Below are positions 10,901-24,548 of a DNA stretch of 64,000 nt, in pieces. The stretch spans positions 14,880,001 to 14,944,000 of the forward strand of contig CP075494.1 in the NCBI GenBank assembly GCA_021613535.1, read 5' to 3'. Both the position numbers and the translations under genes were made by a program. The notes beneath the pieces are model-generated. The model searched no databases and was not told where the DNA came from. It was given only the letters and a program-made list of their open reading frames with translations. Numbering within the stretch: position 1 is the stretch's first letter; every line of letters starts with the position of its first letter. This DNA comes from Adineta vaga (lineage: Eukaryota > Animalia > Rotifera).

Positions 10901-12939
10901 ATACATTTAGCTTCTGTTCTGAAATTATTCAAATTTCCTCCACAACCATGATATCGAAAATGTTCACATTTATTTAACACGGCATCATAATGATATTTTG
11001 TTGTTAAGATCATTTCATTTGATGATGATTCATTAAAAAGACGATAATGAAGAGTACTTGAATTACTATGACATGGAAAACCACAATCTCTCGGTAATGA
11101 ACAAGCATAAAAGACATGACCTAAACGAAAACATAAATACAAATAGGACTAAAAATTTATTCTACCTAAATAAGCTAAATGAGCTAATGTATGAAGAATT
11201 GATTCTACTAGAATGATAATTCCAATAATCTTATGTGTATCAATATGATGATCAAGAGGAAGAAGAATTCCACCACCTTTTGTTCGTAACCATGTGATAT
11301 GTTTTCGAAGCATTAAAAGAAGTACTAATGCACAATTAAAATTTAACATTCCACCTATTTTAAAGAAAAGATCTATTCGAATCTTGAGAAACAAAAACAA
11401 ATTCATGATTTTCTACCATTAATTCGTGCGATAATGACAAGAAAATGAGCTTGTTGTTGAATAACATAAATTCGTAAGACATTGATACATATACAAAAGC
11501 AAATAAATAAATATAATGACCAAAAAAAGACTAGATCAAAATTATTCCGTATCCAACTACGAATTGTTAATGAACGTTTATAACTTTTACTAATCGATGT
11601 TGGTTTTGGTTGAATCCAATTACTTGTACTAGAAAGGCAAAATATTTCAATAACGAATCGAATACTTCTTTTTCTATACCTAAGTGAAAGAACTTTAAAT
11701 AAATGTTCATTTCGTTTAAATGCACTGGTTAATTCTTCTAAACTTATATCGCCAGATCGATCGACATCGGTTTCTTGAAATAAAGTTGCGGTTAATTCCG
11801 CTAATGTTTCTTCTAAATCCAACGATGGTGTTTGTTCAAGAAAACAACGAAGAATTAATTTCATTTCATTAAAATCAATAATTCCATCATCTAAATTTTC
11901 GAACAACATCTATCTGAAATCTTCATTCATATTTACTTACCATTATGATCAAAAATTTTAAAAAGAAATTCTACTTTTTCCATATCATTCGCTTCAATTA
12001 TAAATCCCATTCGTTGTATAAGAATTTCTAATTTAATTCGCCCGATTTTTTCTGTATCAAAATAATTAAATAAACATTCAGCTAGTTGTGGCTAAAGAGA
12101 AACGACTAAAACATTCGAACAAACGTGTAGATTCAATACAGACCACTTTAAAATAAAAACTATTCGTAAATGTTTCTAAATCCATACTATCTTCTATTGT
12201 AGAATGATTTCGACGTTTACTAACTATCATTTGAAATTCATAAGTCAACCATGAAAGCCATTTCATATCTGTTTTAACACTGAAAAACAAAACAAGAAAA
12301 TGTTTTTAAAAAATCAAAAAACTCGTTGAAGTAAACTTCGAAACAGCACGAAGAATATCCATGAATTCCATGACGGTTAATAGATTTGTTTCACCAAGGA
12401 ATAATAAAGCAAATTGTCGACGAAACTAGAATTATAAAAATGAATTTTATCAATCGATCTTTTGCGTTCGTTGAAACTACCGAAGAATCTTCAAATAATT
12501 TACAAAAGTTATTTAATGATAATGAACTATTTTCAGGGGACATATGTCTGAAACCATGTATAAATGCTTCCAATGATCGAATATCTTTTGTACGATTTGC
12601 TGTTCTAAAAACAAAGACGAAAAAAAAACCATCAAAACAAAAGTCAATGGAATTCAGATAGGAAATATACTCAGCAACTTTATATATGGATCCAATCCAT
12701 TCCGATTCGGATAATAAACCACTTGAATCACGATCAAATAAACAAAAAAGTGTTTCTATTAATTGCTGCGAAATAAAATCGAAGAATTTCAAAGATTGAA
12801 TGGAATAATATTATCTTACACGTTGTCGAAGTAGATGCATCAATTCTTGATAACTGAGATGTGTACGAGCATGAAGATGACGTTGCCATTTTTGTAACAG
12901 AGCTTCTTTATTAGATGAAGGAATCGATGTAGATCTCAT
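7959..12939 (-). CDS. NOX5: NOX5-type Ca2+-activated NADPH oxidase with extended EF-hand region and Kunitz insert (multi-exon)
   Basis: EF-hands (FDRDSSGLLSESE, FDHNDDGIIDFNE, TDVDRSGDISLEE). Heme-His TM3 HKIIG...HTLAH. FAD motif WHPFSISSAP. NADPH motifs IDGPYGAP and AAGIGITPFAS. KHGRPDWD, then last exon 7959-8090 VFYCGPPAL...FVYKKELF*. Probable ATG at 12939. Confidence 0.93.
10890..11120 (-). other. Kunitz/BPTI-domain exon inside the NOX5 gene (231 nt, phase 1-1)
   Basis: CSLPRDCGFPC...KYHYDAVLNKCEHFRYHGCGGNLNNFRTEAKCIARC, flanked by a tttag acceptor and a gtaag donor, in frame between the TM3 and TM4 exons. Confidence 0.88.
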
Positions 12940-14109
12940 TATATAAACTACAATGACTTAGTCTAGAAGTGATCGAAGAACATTTCATATATATATTACG
13001 ATTCTCGTCTATTCTTTCAGATGAAAGCAATTCACCATATATGGTTAACCATAATCGAAAAGAAGAATGAAACGAGGGAAAGTGAATGTATTTTTCGTTA
13101 GTATACAATGTTGTAGTATCAGAAAAATTTTGAAGAAAAAATCTTTTGGAATCAGATACTTTGAAAAAGTCAATTTTTCCGAAGAAAATCGTCATTCTTC
13201 AATGACCTTTCTGTGTACCCTTGAGATAGAATTCTATCGTCGAGAATGAACAAAACATGTGATTAGTCATTTCTATATAAAATAATAGTGTTGAATAGTT
13301 AAGTCCGTCATGATGATAATGTATGATTTATCACAATTATCTGTCTAGGCCATTCTAAACGAGACGAAATTTCGATGAATTTCTCTAAACATTACGTCAT
13401 CTTTTCATTTCTATTTCTTTGCACCGAACGGAAAGTTCAGAATCATTGTAAGATCGATGACCTTTCAGTAAAGAAAACGAAGACTATTCGACTATAATGA
13501 TTGAATTAGTTTTGATTGTGATTTGTTCATATAACCATATTTATTTTTTGTTCGCTCTTTCTTTTATAGAAAAAAAAACAATATTTTATGTGTCATGGAC
13601 ATGAAGAGAAGAAAACAAGAACACGAGACAACAAAAAAAAAAGAAAACGAATAAAGAGAAAACTAGAACGTTCAATGTTTAGCAAGTAGACAAAAAATGA
13701 AAAAGAAAATGAGAGAAAAGAATTCTATGCATTACGCAAGACACATAAAGAAAAGTGATTAAAATTGTTATTTTGATTTTGTTTCGTTTTTTCATAGATG
13801 AAGATTTACATACAACAGAAAGGCACCGGTGATCGGTGACTTTTGTTGTCGCGTTAATTTTCTTCTGGTTTTTGAAATTGCTGAACATCGGAGAAAATCG
13901 AGAGACAAATACGAAGTAGAAGAGAAGAAAAAGAGAAGCAATAAATGCGCACAAATAACGACATCAAAATTTAAAGAAAATGTAAGAGTAGAAGAAGAAG
14001 AAGAAGTACGAACACCGGTCATGAAGAAGAAAAAAAACGAAAAGAAAGATAATAAAACATTCGATATTTAAAAGTAAAATCATTTGTCAAATATTTTTTG
14101 CTTTATAAT

Positions 14110-17100
14110 TTAAGAAGCTCCACTTGTAACTGCTGATGATTCTTGTTGTTGATGATGATGATGTCCCATAGGATCCATCATGCTAGTTGGACTCGATGAT
14201 ACGGGATAACCACCTGGATACATCATCATCATTGGATTCCGAAATTGAGACATTTGAGCATAAGATCCAAAGAGATCTAAAAGAAATTTCATTTTTCAAT
14301 AAAATCAATAAGAATATTATTTAACAATTTCTATCTTACCATGTGGAGCTGGTGGATAACCACCACTAAATTGATAATGCATTGCAGCAGCTGCAGCTGC
14401 ATCAGGTGAATATGGTCCAAAACAATCGGTAAATTCTGATGGTATTGCCGCTAAAAAAACGAAAGAAAACAAAACATTAAATACAATTGTTTCTTTCTTT
14501 CTTTCTTTTCTTTATCATTTTTCATCATCTGTATTATTTCACGCATTCGTGCAAATAATTAACTTTGACAGCAGAAGAAAGAGGAGGAACAATTGCTTAA
14601 GTGTCGAAATGAATTAGATTGATTGTTCTTTTACAAATCAATTTAGTATTAACTATTGATATGTCACAGAACATTTTTATCAAGAGAAATCTGATCAAGA
14701 AGAACTGATTGTTAAGCAATATTCAGTTGACGCGTCAAAGGCATTTAAGAGAAAAAGCAGCAATACACACACACACACACGCACGCACATACATAATGAT
14801 GCATGAGTAGAAGTTCTACCTTTTTGAGCATGGGCTGGAAAAACAAAAGAAAAAGAAATTATATATGTGTGTGTATATATAGATATGTTTTTTCAATATG
14901 ATATGGATAAATAAATGAAAAAAAAGAAGAGGAAAGCATTAGAGAGAAATTGTGAGTGTTAGAGCGTTAAGAAACACTCTTGCCTTTTGCTAGATATGAG
15001 AAAGATAATTGTTGAGGATGAACTGGATTTGATTGTCGATATGATGTTTTCTTATTCGATGATAATTCTCGAGATTTAGTCTGACGTTTACATCGATTTG
15101 ATACAATAGGAGAAGATACCGATGATGGTATCGATAGTGAATTTTGTTCATTATAAGACTTACCAGCACGATTGGATTGATCAATCATAGGTTGAACGAT
15201 ACGACGTCTGGCATTAATAAACCTTTAAAGAAGAAAAGAAAAAAAAACCAAATATATTAAATGATCATCTTCTTTGAACGTTAATTGATCAATAAAGTTT
15301 GATTATTTCAAGTAAATTTAACCTTTTTCTCTGATAAGAATCAATTTGACCTCGAAAAACCTGTCAGCAGGAAGAGAAGATAGACAGATTTGTTTACAAA
15401 AGAGAGATATCTTCGCAATGATAAATGATGTCCAGCTTGTGCAAAAAGAGATATAGTAACGATCTTTTCCTTCGAGATATGTATATACAAACATGGGCAA
15501 GCTAATGTATAAGTTACGTTTCTCCTCCTTGTCTTCCTAATGTGATTTTAACGATGGCGACGATCGATTGTTGTCATCAACATCCTGCCAGATGTTTTCT
15601 TTTCCTATTCTTCGAATCTTCAATTCACATTAGAAGAGAAAAAAAACTGAAACGTGACTGATAGTTTATGCTTGTTTGATCTCGACTCGCATGTAGATAG
15701 ATAATTATCATCATCATCATCATCATAAAAAACATTTCTTGACAGTTAAATACAATTGTCGATTACGCTCGAAGATCTTTTTTTCTAATTTTCTCCTTCT
15801 TTCTCTCTCTTTATCTACACGAATAAGTATCAATGAACGGATTGTTTATTTTATTAATTGACCATTCGATTGCTTCTATGTTGATTAGATGTCAGAAAAA
15901 TGTATGTATAGAAAAAAAAGTTTGATCATTATTATTGCCGACATATACTAATAACAAACTGCCAAAAAGAAAGAGAGCATACCGGCAAATGGTAACAAGT
16001 CTCAAATTGAGAATAAACATTCTTACATACGATATATTTATATATCTCTTTTAATTGGTTTAAAGTGCAAATTAATTTTAACCAATAGGAAAGAAAGACA
16101 AAACTTGTCACTTACCAATTATTAACTAAAAGCGAACAAAAAAGAAATAAACAAGGTAATGAAAAGAAAGATAATTAACGAAATTTACCTTGTAATATTG
16201 TTAAACCAGTATCTTGAGCTAATTGTTTCTTTTGTTCTTCGGACGGATATGGATGCTATAAAGAGAAAGAGAGAGATAAATAAAGAAGAGGAATGAATGA
16301 AATTTATGAACATACTGTTAAATGTTGAAATAACCATGCTCGCATGATATTTGTAGCGACTTTTGGAAAGATACCACGTTTCTTTTGACGTTTTTTTGTA
16401 TTATCATCAAGATCATCATCATCACCTGAACCGACACTATTAGCAAAATTGTCACCTAAAAAGAAAGAAGAAAAAGGAACGTTGAACTTCAATATCTTTA
16501 AAATATGTTTCATTTTTATGATCAATTATGATTGATTGACAAGACATATTCATATCTAGTAATGCGTCTTGACAGTCGATTTGACAAAAAGCATTCGAAA
16601 TATGATTAGTCTACAAAAGAATAAGAAGAAGAAGAAGAAGAAGACAAAACTGTCTGTTCACTGTTAAATTCACTACATGAAAATCAGAGATCAGATTCAA
16701 AATGACATGCAAACATGAAATGCTCAAGAAGACTATCAATAGAAATGAACATGTCGACAGATTGATAATGTTTTTCAGTTGTAATTATTTCTATTACTTG
16801 TTTCCCTAGCGTCGTAAATGTCAATGACTTTTTTTAGTGTCTTATGTTGAGAAAGCGAGAGAGAGAGAAAACAGACAAAGAGCAATTGAAAAAACATACC
16901 CGTTTCACTATTATTGTCATGTAAACCATGATAACCATTATTTGAATTAGTCATATTAATCATTGTTGTTTGGTTGGCATTTGGTGTTGTTGTATCTGAC
17001 GAAGAATGTGTCGATTGAGTATCATCATTATGTATTGAATGATGAAAATGTGCTTGATGATGATTTAAAAGTGATGAATGATGACCAACAAGATGATTTG

Positions 17101-20100
17101 AATATGAAGGATGTGGTGGTGGTGGTGGTGGAAGTTGTGGTTGAAAATGTGCGTTGGGTGGAGGTTGAAGATGATGATGATGATGTGAAGGTGGAGGATG
17201 ACCAAGATGATGGGGCGAAACAAATGGAGTTAATTGAGATGAAGATGATCGAAGCTAAAAGAAATGAAATAAAAAGATTTGTTGAAGATTAAAATTCTTT
17301 TTACTGATTTATGTGGATGAGTAAATGGTGTGATAGAACCATCTGGACTATGTTGATTATAGGATGACGAACGTGATGAACTTGTTGGTGGATGTGGCGG
17401 ATATCCTGATGGTGGTTGAGGACTTGATTGATCATCATCTTGATCGTCATCATCATCGCCCGATTTGGTCGATGAAACATTTGAGTCACGCTCATCGATT
17501 ACTAAATCCATTGGTAATTTACCTTTTAAACATGTTATATATCGATGAGTAAAATTATCGCATAATTCATGAACCTAAAAATAGATTTTTATCATATAAA
17601 TATTGAAATTAATTCGATTTCTTTCTTACTTTTTCTAATTCAAGTAAATGAAATCGTAAGACTTGAATTGCTTGAATCATCTACAAAAAAAAGAGTTTCG
17701 AACATAAATTTCGATGAATTCAAATAAAAGAATGATTTATTTACCACATTGTCTAATTCAGGATTTGTCGTAATATAGTTTTGATCTTTTTGCAGCTAAA
17801 GAAGAGAAAAAAAAGAAAGGAAATTTATTGATCATTAAAAAAAGAACAGCAGGTGCTTTAAAAACAAAGCATATCCGGAATAGAGAAAAGGAAAGATAAT
17901 TCTGCTGGTTCGATTAGTGTGAATATGATGATGAGTTTTTCTTTCTGACCTCTTTCATTTTCATCTCTTGTGTCTTCTTCAGATGAAAAGCTAATGACAT
18001 TTTAATGATACCCTCAAGCTTTTTCTCCCATTTACACCATCGAGAAAACAAAAATAGAAGAGCGAACTTGTTCTTTTCTTATCCCGTTGCTTTTTGATAA
18101 GATGATGATGAGCTGATTTGCTCATGGGATCATCACAGCATCTCTCTCTCTATCTAGAAACAAAGATCAAGCTAATAAACAGCACGTGTTATTCGAACCA
18201 TTAAGATCAATGTAGACAAAGAATGTCTTTGAGAATTTTAATCACATTTCCATTTCATTTGATTAATTAACTAAGAATTTGACATGAGTACTTAACACCT
18301 ATCTCTTGCTTTGACAACTTCAATATTGTTTCATTCTCTACATGACATTTTTTTTTCTTCTATTTCTCATACTCTTCAAAGATAAGTCTTTATTGAAAAC
18401 ATCTGCAAAATGTCGATGACGTGAATTCATATTCGTTTTCTCTATTTGCTAGATCTTATCAGAGTTTGTTCATTCAAGTATCAATCTGACAGGAGAGTGA
18501 GAGGAGGAGGTCATAATCATCAATATATGTATATATTTTTCATTTATTTTCTTGTTCAAGTGGCTTATCAAATGTTCATCTTGCGATAACAGACATTCAT
18601 ACAGTAGCTCGATAATGCACTTCAATTTAATTCTTTTGTCTCATTCTTCTACTTGAATTTGATTGATAAGAGATGAATCTATACGTAGATCGAAGAGTAA
18701 ATTTTTACCTGTTTAGCAAATTCCGTCACATCATCATTGAACGATTCCGATGAACAAATATCTCCGGGTCCACCGGAATCTCTTGGTGTACAAGTTGCTA
18801 GTTCACATTTTTCAAAGATTAATGCCAATAGAGGAAATAATGGATGGCTAAATTAAAAAGAAAAAAAGAAATAAATTCTTCGTCTTCTTCTTATCTTTGT
18901 CTTTTCATAGTTGAACTATAATTATGATCACATATATTAACGAAATTGATCTTTCGCTTCGAGCGATTTTCTTCGACTCTTTTTGATATTTGAAAATTAA
19001 AGAGAATAGAGATTTTTGATACCTTCGTATTTCGATTACGGTCATATCAATTTACGATTTGAATAATAATCAAGAATCAGACGAGAAAAGAAACGAACCA
19101 ATAAAAATTCATATCTATGAGGTCATAATCGTAATCAGTACTTTGCTATAATTTCAGTAACCGATGAAGGAGCAGCAGGCGTAATGATCATCAATCACTG
19201 TCATACGCATGCAAGAATCGAAAGAGAGCGAGAGAGAGAGAAGAAAAAAGAAGGAAAAAATTACCAACAAGAATACATTCATGGTGTAACTGTGGAAGGA
19301 AAAAAAAGAAAATGAATACCCAATGAGACGATAAGGTTAAGAATAGACAGCAAAAAAGATCTCGATTGTATGTATGCGTTTTTCTTTTCCTTCTTACTCG
19401 ACTCGCTTTTGCCTTTCCCGATGATTATTAGTTAGTCAGTGGTACGCACTGACGCACACACAAAGGCCATCCACCACCATCATCGTCATCATCATCATCA
19501 TCACTAGTAGAATAATAACATCGACGAAGAGATAGCAACCAACCGAGTGATTAGAAAGATAGACGAGCCGAAGCGAACGAGATGATTAACAAAGAAACTC
19601 AACTAGCAAATATCGATCTAATATATATGTGGCTATACACTTTTTTTTTGTTACATCTTATCGATGTTTATCATGCCACTTTAATTGCTTTTGTTTTCTT
19701 TTTTTTACATTGACGCGAATATTGCTCTTTAACAGATCTATCGATCTATCTATATATATATATATATGCTTATACATCTAGATAGAAGTAAACATTCGTC
19801 AATCCGTGTATAAATGAAAGAAAAAGTCAGAGTACGAGAATAAAAGCACACCAAGCGTGAAGATAATGATCGGTTTCGAAATTACAGCTGTGTATGTATG
19901 TATGTATCTATGATTGTATGCAAAAGAAGGGCCGCATTGAAACAAAAAAAAAGACGAGAAGAAATGTACAATATGCTTGAAGGTGATTCGGCCCAACGAC
20001 TTTCTCATCATTATCATCAATGAACGGATGAAATAAAAACTGTTCATCTTCTCGTTTGATTAACAATGCCGAAGCATAGAAACAACGAACTAATCGATCA

Positions 20101-20609
20101 ATCTTGACATTACTCAAGACACAATAAATATGTACGGAAAAAAATAAAGAATCAGCTGTCAAGAAACGAAATATATATCTACACATACACCTCATAATTT
20201 GTTCTATCATTTTTTACAAACAAAAACAGAAATGTAAGATGAGTAAGAAAAAAGTATTACTAGACATTTACCTGTAGATCATATCTTTCTGTTGTTTTGT
20301 TTGATTATCAGCATTGACACTGTTCGGATGATTGATTGTAACTGAAGATTCACCCATCGGTCCAAGAAGTGTTTGAAGATGATGAGGAATTGGAGATGCA
20401 GACGTGGTTTCAGTCTGAAATGTTGTTGAATACATACTGTTATTACCATTGGGAGTATTTGTTGTTGGAAAATCTCCACTACCATTACCATAATAGGATC
20501 CATTTGTATCGGTAAGCAACTAAATGGAAACGAAAATAAATAAATCTTACCATTGATCAAACGTCAGAATCAAAATGACATGAAAATAAATTACCCGTTG
20601 AGCAGCCAT
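14110..20609 (-). CDS. MEIS: Meis/homothorax TALE-class homeobox transcription factor (multi-exon)
   Basis: MAAQR start. HM domain [22 protein letters not shown] and [25 protein letters not shown]. Homeodomain [68 protein letters not shown]. Confidence 0.97.
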
Positions 20610-23600
20610 TATTCTATTGAAATCGACACGAGTTCAAGACGACATGACTAATTTTTTCTATTGATTATATATAAAGACAAGTTGAGATAGATAAATAGAT
20701 GAAGATCATCATTCATTAAATAAGACACAGCAGTTTATTTTCTTCGTTTTTCTTTTGTCTTTATATCTATCTGTCTATCTATTAGATATGTCGATCTTGT
20801 CTTGTATTTATATCCGTCGTGCTTGTCGAATTGTAGCGTGTAATAAATACGGTTTATATCTGTCGAATTTAATAGGACTATGTGACGTGATCGATGCGTG
20901 TGTGATTTGATAGATTTCTGGATGTCAATCTTTATCCGTAATGCGAGCGCACAAACGTCTCACCTTTTCGCACTTTCTCTTCTTTCTATGCACAAGAGAA
21001 GAAGAAAAAAAAGGAGTCGAAGAAAAAAAAACGGAGGCTGTTGCTCACAGAAAGAGAGAAAACTAACGACGAAGCAAGCGAACACTTGTAATTACTCTTA
21101 ATGTGAACGGTTACTCTCGACCAGTCAGCAAGCGAGTTGCTCTTTCTCTTTTATTTTTTTTCTTCTCTTTTTCTCTCTCGTTTTAGACGAAAGAGAAGAA
21201 AAAAAAGGATTTTCTTCTTTTGCTTATATGTTGATAGGCGATTATATGTGTATGCCTATGTGTGCGTGTGAGAACAAGCAAAAAGCCGAGTGTTGGCGGG
21301 TATTGTCGACAATGAGATATATCAAGAAAGAAAGCGTTCGCAGGTTCGAGATTGGACGAGATAAAAAAGTACTACAACCACTATGTCGCATGCAAAAGAA
21401 CAAGACGAAGGAGAAAGAGAGAGAGAGAGAGAGAGAAGAAAGAGGAAGTAGCTCAATTCATAGTGATGTCTTACTGGAAGTTTTCTCTTTCTTGTTCTGT
21501 TCTGAAGATCTTTTTTTTTTCTTTTCTAGTGACGGAAAAGTCAGCATTTTTGGACGAATAAAAAAAAGAAAAGATTAGAAGTAACGCTTCAATTGACACT
21601 TGGAGTCGAGCGCTTGTATTTCTTTTCTTAAAATCATGATGAAATGAACTGGCACTTAGACGGAAAAGGGTGGAGAAGAAGACAGCAATGACGTTGCCAT
21701 CGGCTGCAGAAAGGCGTGTCATATCCAATCAAATTTTAGACGAAGATTGATTGGTAGACGACGATGTGACGTGTGGCATGTCAAAAAAAGAAGAAAAAAA
21801 AAGAAAAGAGAGAAGAATATTCTGTAAAAAAACTGATTCTTATTGATTGTTGAAAAAAATTGGATTTGTCACAAGATAAAAGAGAATTGGCACTAGTTTT
21901 TTGCACTGTTATTTTTTCATCAACTATATCTATCTATTAATATACATCACGTACATAGAGAAGATGATCTGTGTGTGACAGTTGCTAATAATTCTCTAGC
22001 TTTTTTTTGACATCTAGACGTATCACACATTGAAAAGCTTCTCTATTGTTTCTTTTTGACATGTGGTAAATCGATGTATATACATATATATATATATATA
22101 TTAATTGAACATCAACTTTTTTTATTCATTGAAAAGGAAAAAAAAAGTCAAGCAATTTTCTTTGCTCTCATGCTCATTTCTTTTTTTCAAAGAGCAGCCG
22201 TAACGGCAATAAAAAAAATTCTGTCTTCAGTCTTGTCGATCGGCGGCACCGTTTGTATTCCCTAAAGAATTTCCACAACCCATCAATCTTTTACTTGACA
22301 TAGTTCGTTTGTTCAGTGTGTGCTAAAAAAGAAATAAGAAGAACAAAGAAATAATGGCAAGCGGCATGTTTTTTTTTCTGCAGATATTTTGCATTCATTC
22401 TGTTCATCTGTTCCACATACAAATTCTATTTATAACAATGACATATTCCGGTTCAATAGAGAATTTTCAAAGATAGATATATATATATATATATGATAAT
22501 TTCAAAACATTCAGTATCATCTAAAAAAAAGGATCAAGAATTTCTTCGTTGTTATTGTTGTTCATCATCATTGATCGTTTTTTACACATACTTTAACTTA
22601 ATGGAATTTAACACTTCTATTTCGTCTAGCAAGCCACTCATCTTTCGCTTCTCCTGATCTCTTGACACATACTTTGATCCTCATCAATCTTTCTTTTTAT
22701 TCACCGTTATGTTGGATATTGATAAAGCATATCAAGTTTAAATACATTCATCTATATACGGTAAACTGTAAAGAAAAGGCAAACGCAAGTCTCCTTTTCT
22801 TTTTTGTATTGATATCGTGCGTATAGAAATGGGTGTAGTGAAGAAAAAAATTATCGCCCGGTATGCATTGTCGCGTTTTGATGATCTCATCAGAAGGAGA
22901 AAGACAATCAAGTGAGCGAAAAAGGTAAGCTAAGCCACTTTACCTTCATTGCTATTCATTGTAATCGAGATCAACAAAAGAATATGATGATTGATAGTGG
23001 ATACAGACGACAGAACACAAATGCTCACAAAATAAGTGACCCTATGATTATTGCTATTCGATTATGCACACATTATATTCTCTCACACACGACACCAAAG
23101 TATATACCGGTATGTGTGTGCGGTCAACTCAATTGATTATGCATATTTTTCTTTTCGCACATGATGCGAATCTTAAATCCACTTGACTCTGATCAGTCAT
23201 TCACATAACATAGATATTTACCTGCTTATGATCAAGAATTATATGAAAATATTTTAGGCGGCATTTTGTCATTTTGGAAAACAGAAGGTGTCAGTCAATA
23301 TAATTCGATGAGAAAGTCACTGGTTTGCATGTGCGGCAAGGATGGACTTTGTCTTTTTTTCTGTCTATCTGTCAGTTTAGTCTAACTATCGTTAATTGTT
23401 GGAATACGCAAATGAGGCATCGGCATGTGTATGTATGAATATTGGTCAAAAAGAAAACAATTCCAATGTCTTTGATGTGACAAATCTGATTGGGATTAAT
23501 CGAAACGACTACTTCCCTTTTCTCATGAGAGATCAGAAAGAGATGAGAGAATTCATCAACAAATAACATATCATAAGTAAATACAAGTTGATTTTCTTAA

Positions 23601-24548
23601 AAAACTATCTTAGACAAACTAAAAACATTACTAATTCTTGAGAAAAGAAGGAATCGTTTCTTTAGCTTGGTAATAGGAACCTAAATCATAAATCAATATT
23701 GAAATATGATAAGTTGATAAACTTAAACAACCAAGTATGTTAATTATAATCTTACTATTTTTTATTCCTAATAGATAAATTCATTATAAAGCTTGATTGA
23801 ATTCAAAGAATACTGTTTCCTAACAATGATTATCGAAGTTAGTTTCATAACATTTCTACGACGGAGTACATATAATTGATCCGATAAATAAGAGATGATA
23901 TGCAGAAAAATTTACTTTTTCTCCTTCAAGTAATAACTATTCCGTAACTAAGTAAAATTCATTTTGTCGAACAAAGATGATACATATATTTGACTTCAAT
24001 ATAAATATCAGTGTATGTTTATTTTTCTGATATTTTCCAAAAAAAAAGAACTTCTTCTATACATACATCATACACTTCAAACATGACAACAAATAAGATG
24101 AAAACAGTCGCTAATGCATAGTATCGCTTCGTTCCACTAGATCAATACGATTCATGTGTGACATACAAAAAAAACGCCAAGAAGATGTATTTTTTCAGAG
24201 TGAATATTTATCACGACAAATTATACGAAGACAAGAGAAGAAAAAATACATCAGCAAACAAAAGCTATGTTTGTGCGGACGAAAAGAGAAGTGAAAAGAA
24301 GTTTAACTATGATATGGAAGCAGAAAGAAAACTGGACCAAAAAAATACGATTATAGAAATGAAAGAGAGAGAGAAAGAGAGCTGATTCTTGATATAAAAA
24401 TCAGTTAAACCTGACATAAATGTGAGAAGAAAAAGAAGAAAATCAGAGTGCCGATCGATTAAAAATATACGACAAAACAAAAAGCAATAAGAAATCACAA
24501 GATCCTTAAAGAATAATATCATCATCATCATCATCGTTATTCATCTGT

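Noticed and set aside
16963-17552. Plus-strand Asp/Val-rich ORFs
   Set aside because: Antisense shadows of the His/Ser/Pro-rich Meis exons.
20898-24534. Numerous short ORFs upstream of Meis
   Set aside because: Low-complexity A/T and GA tracts with no splice-consistent coding signal. More likely regulatory or UTR DNA.
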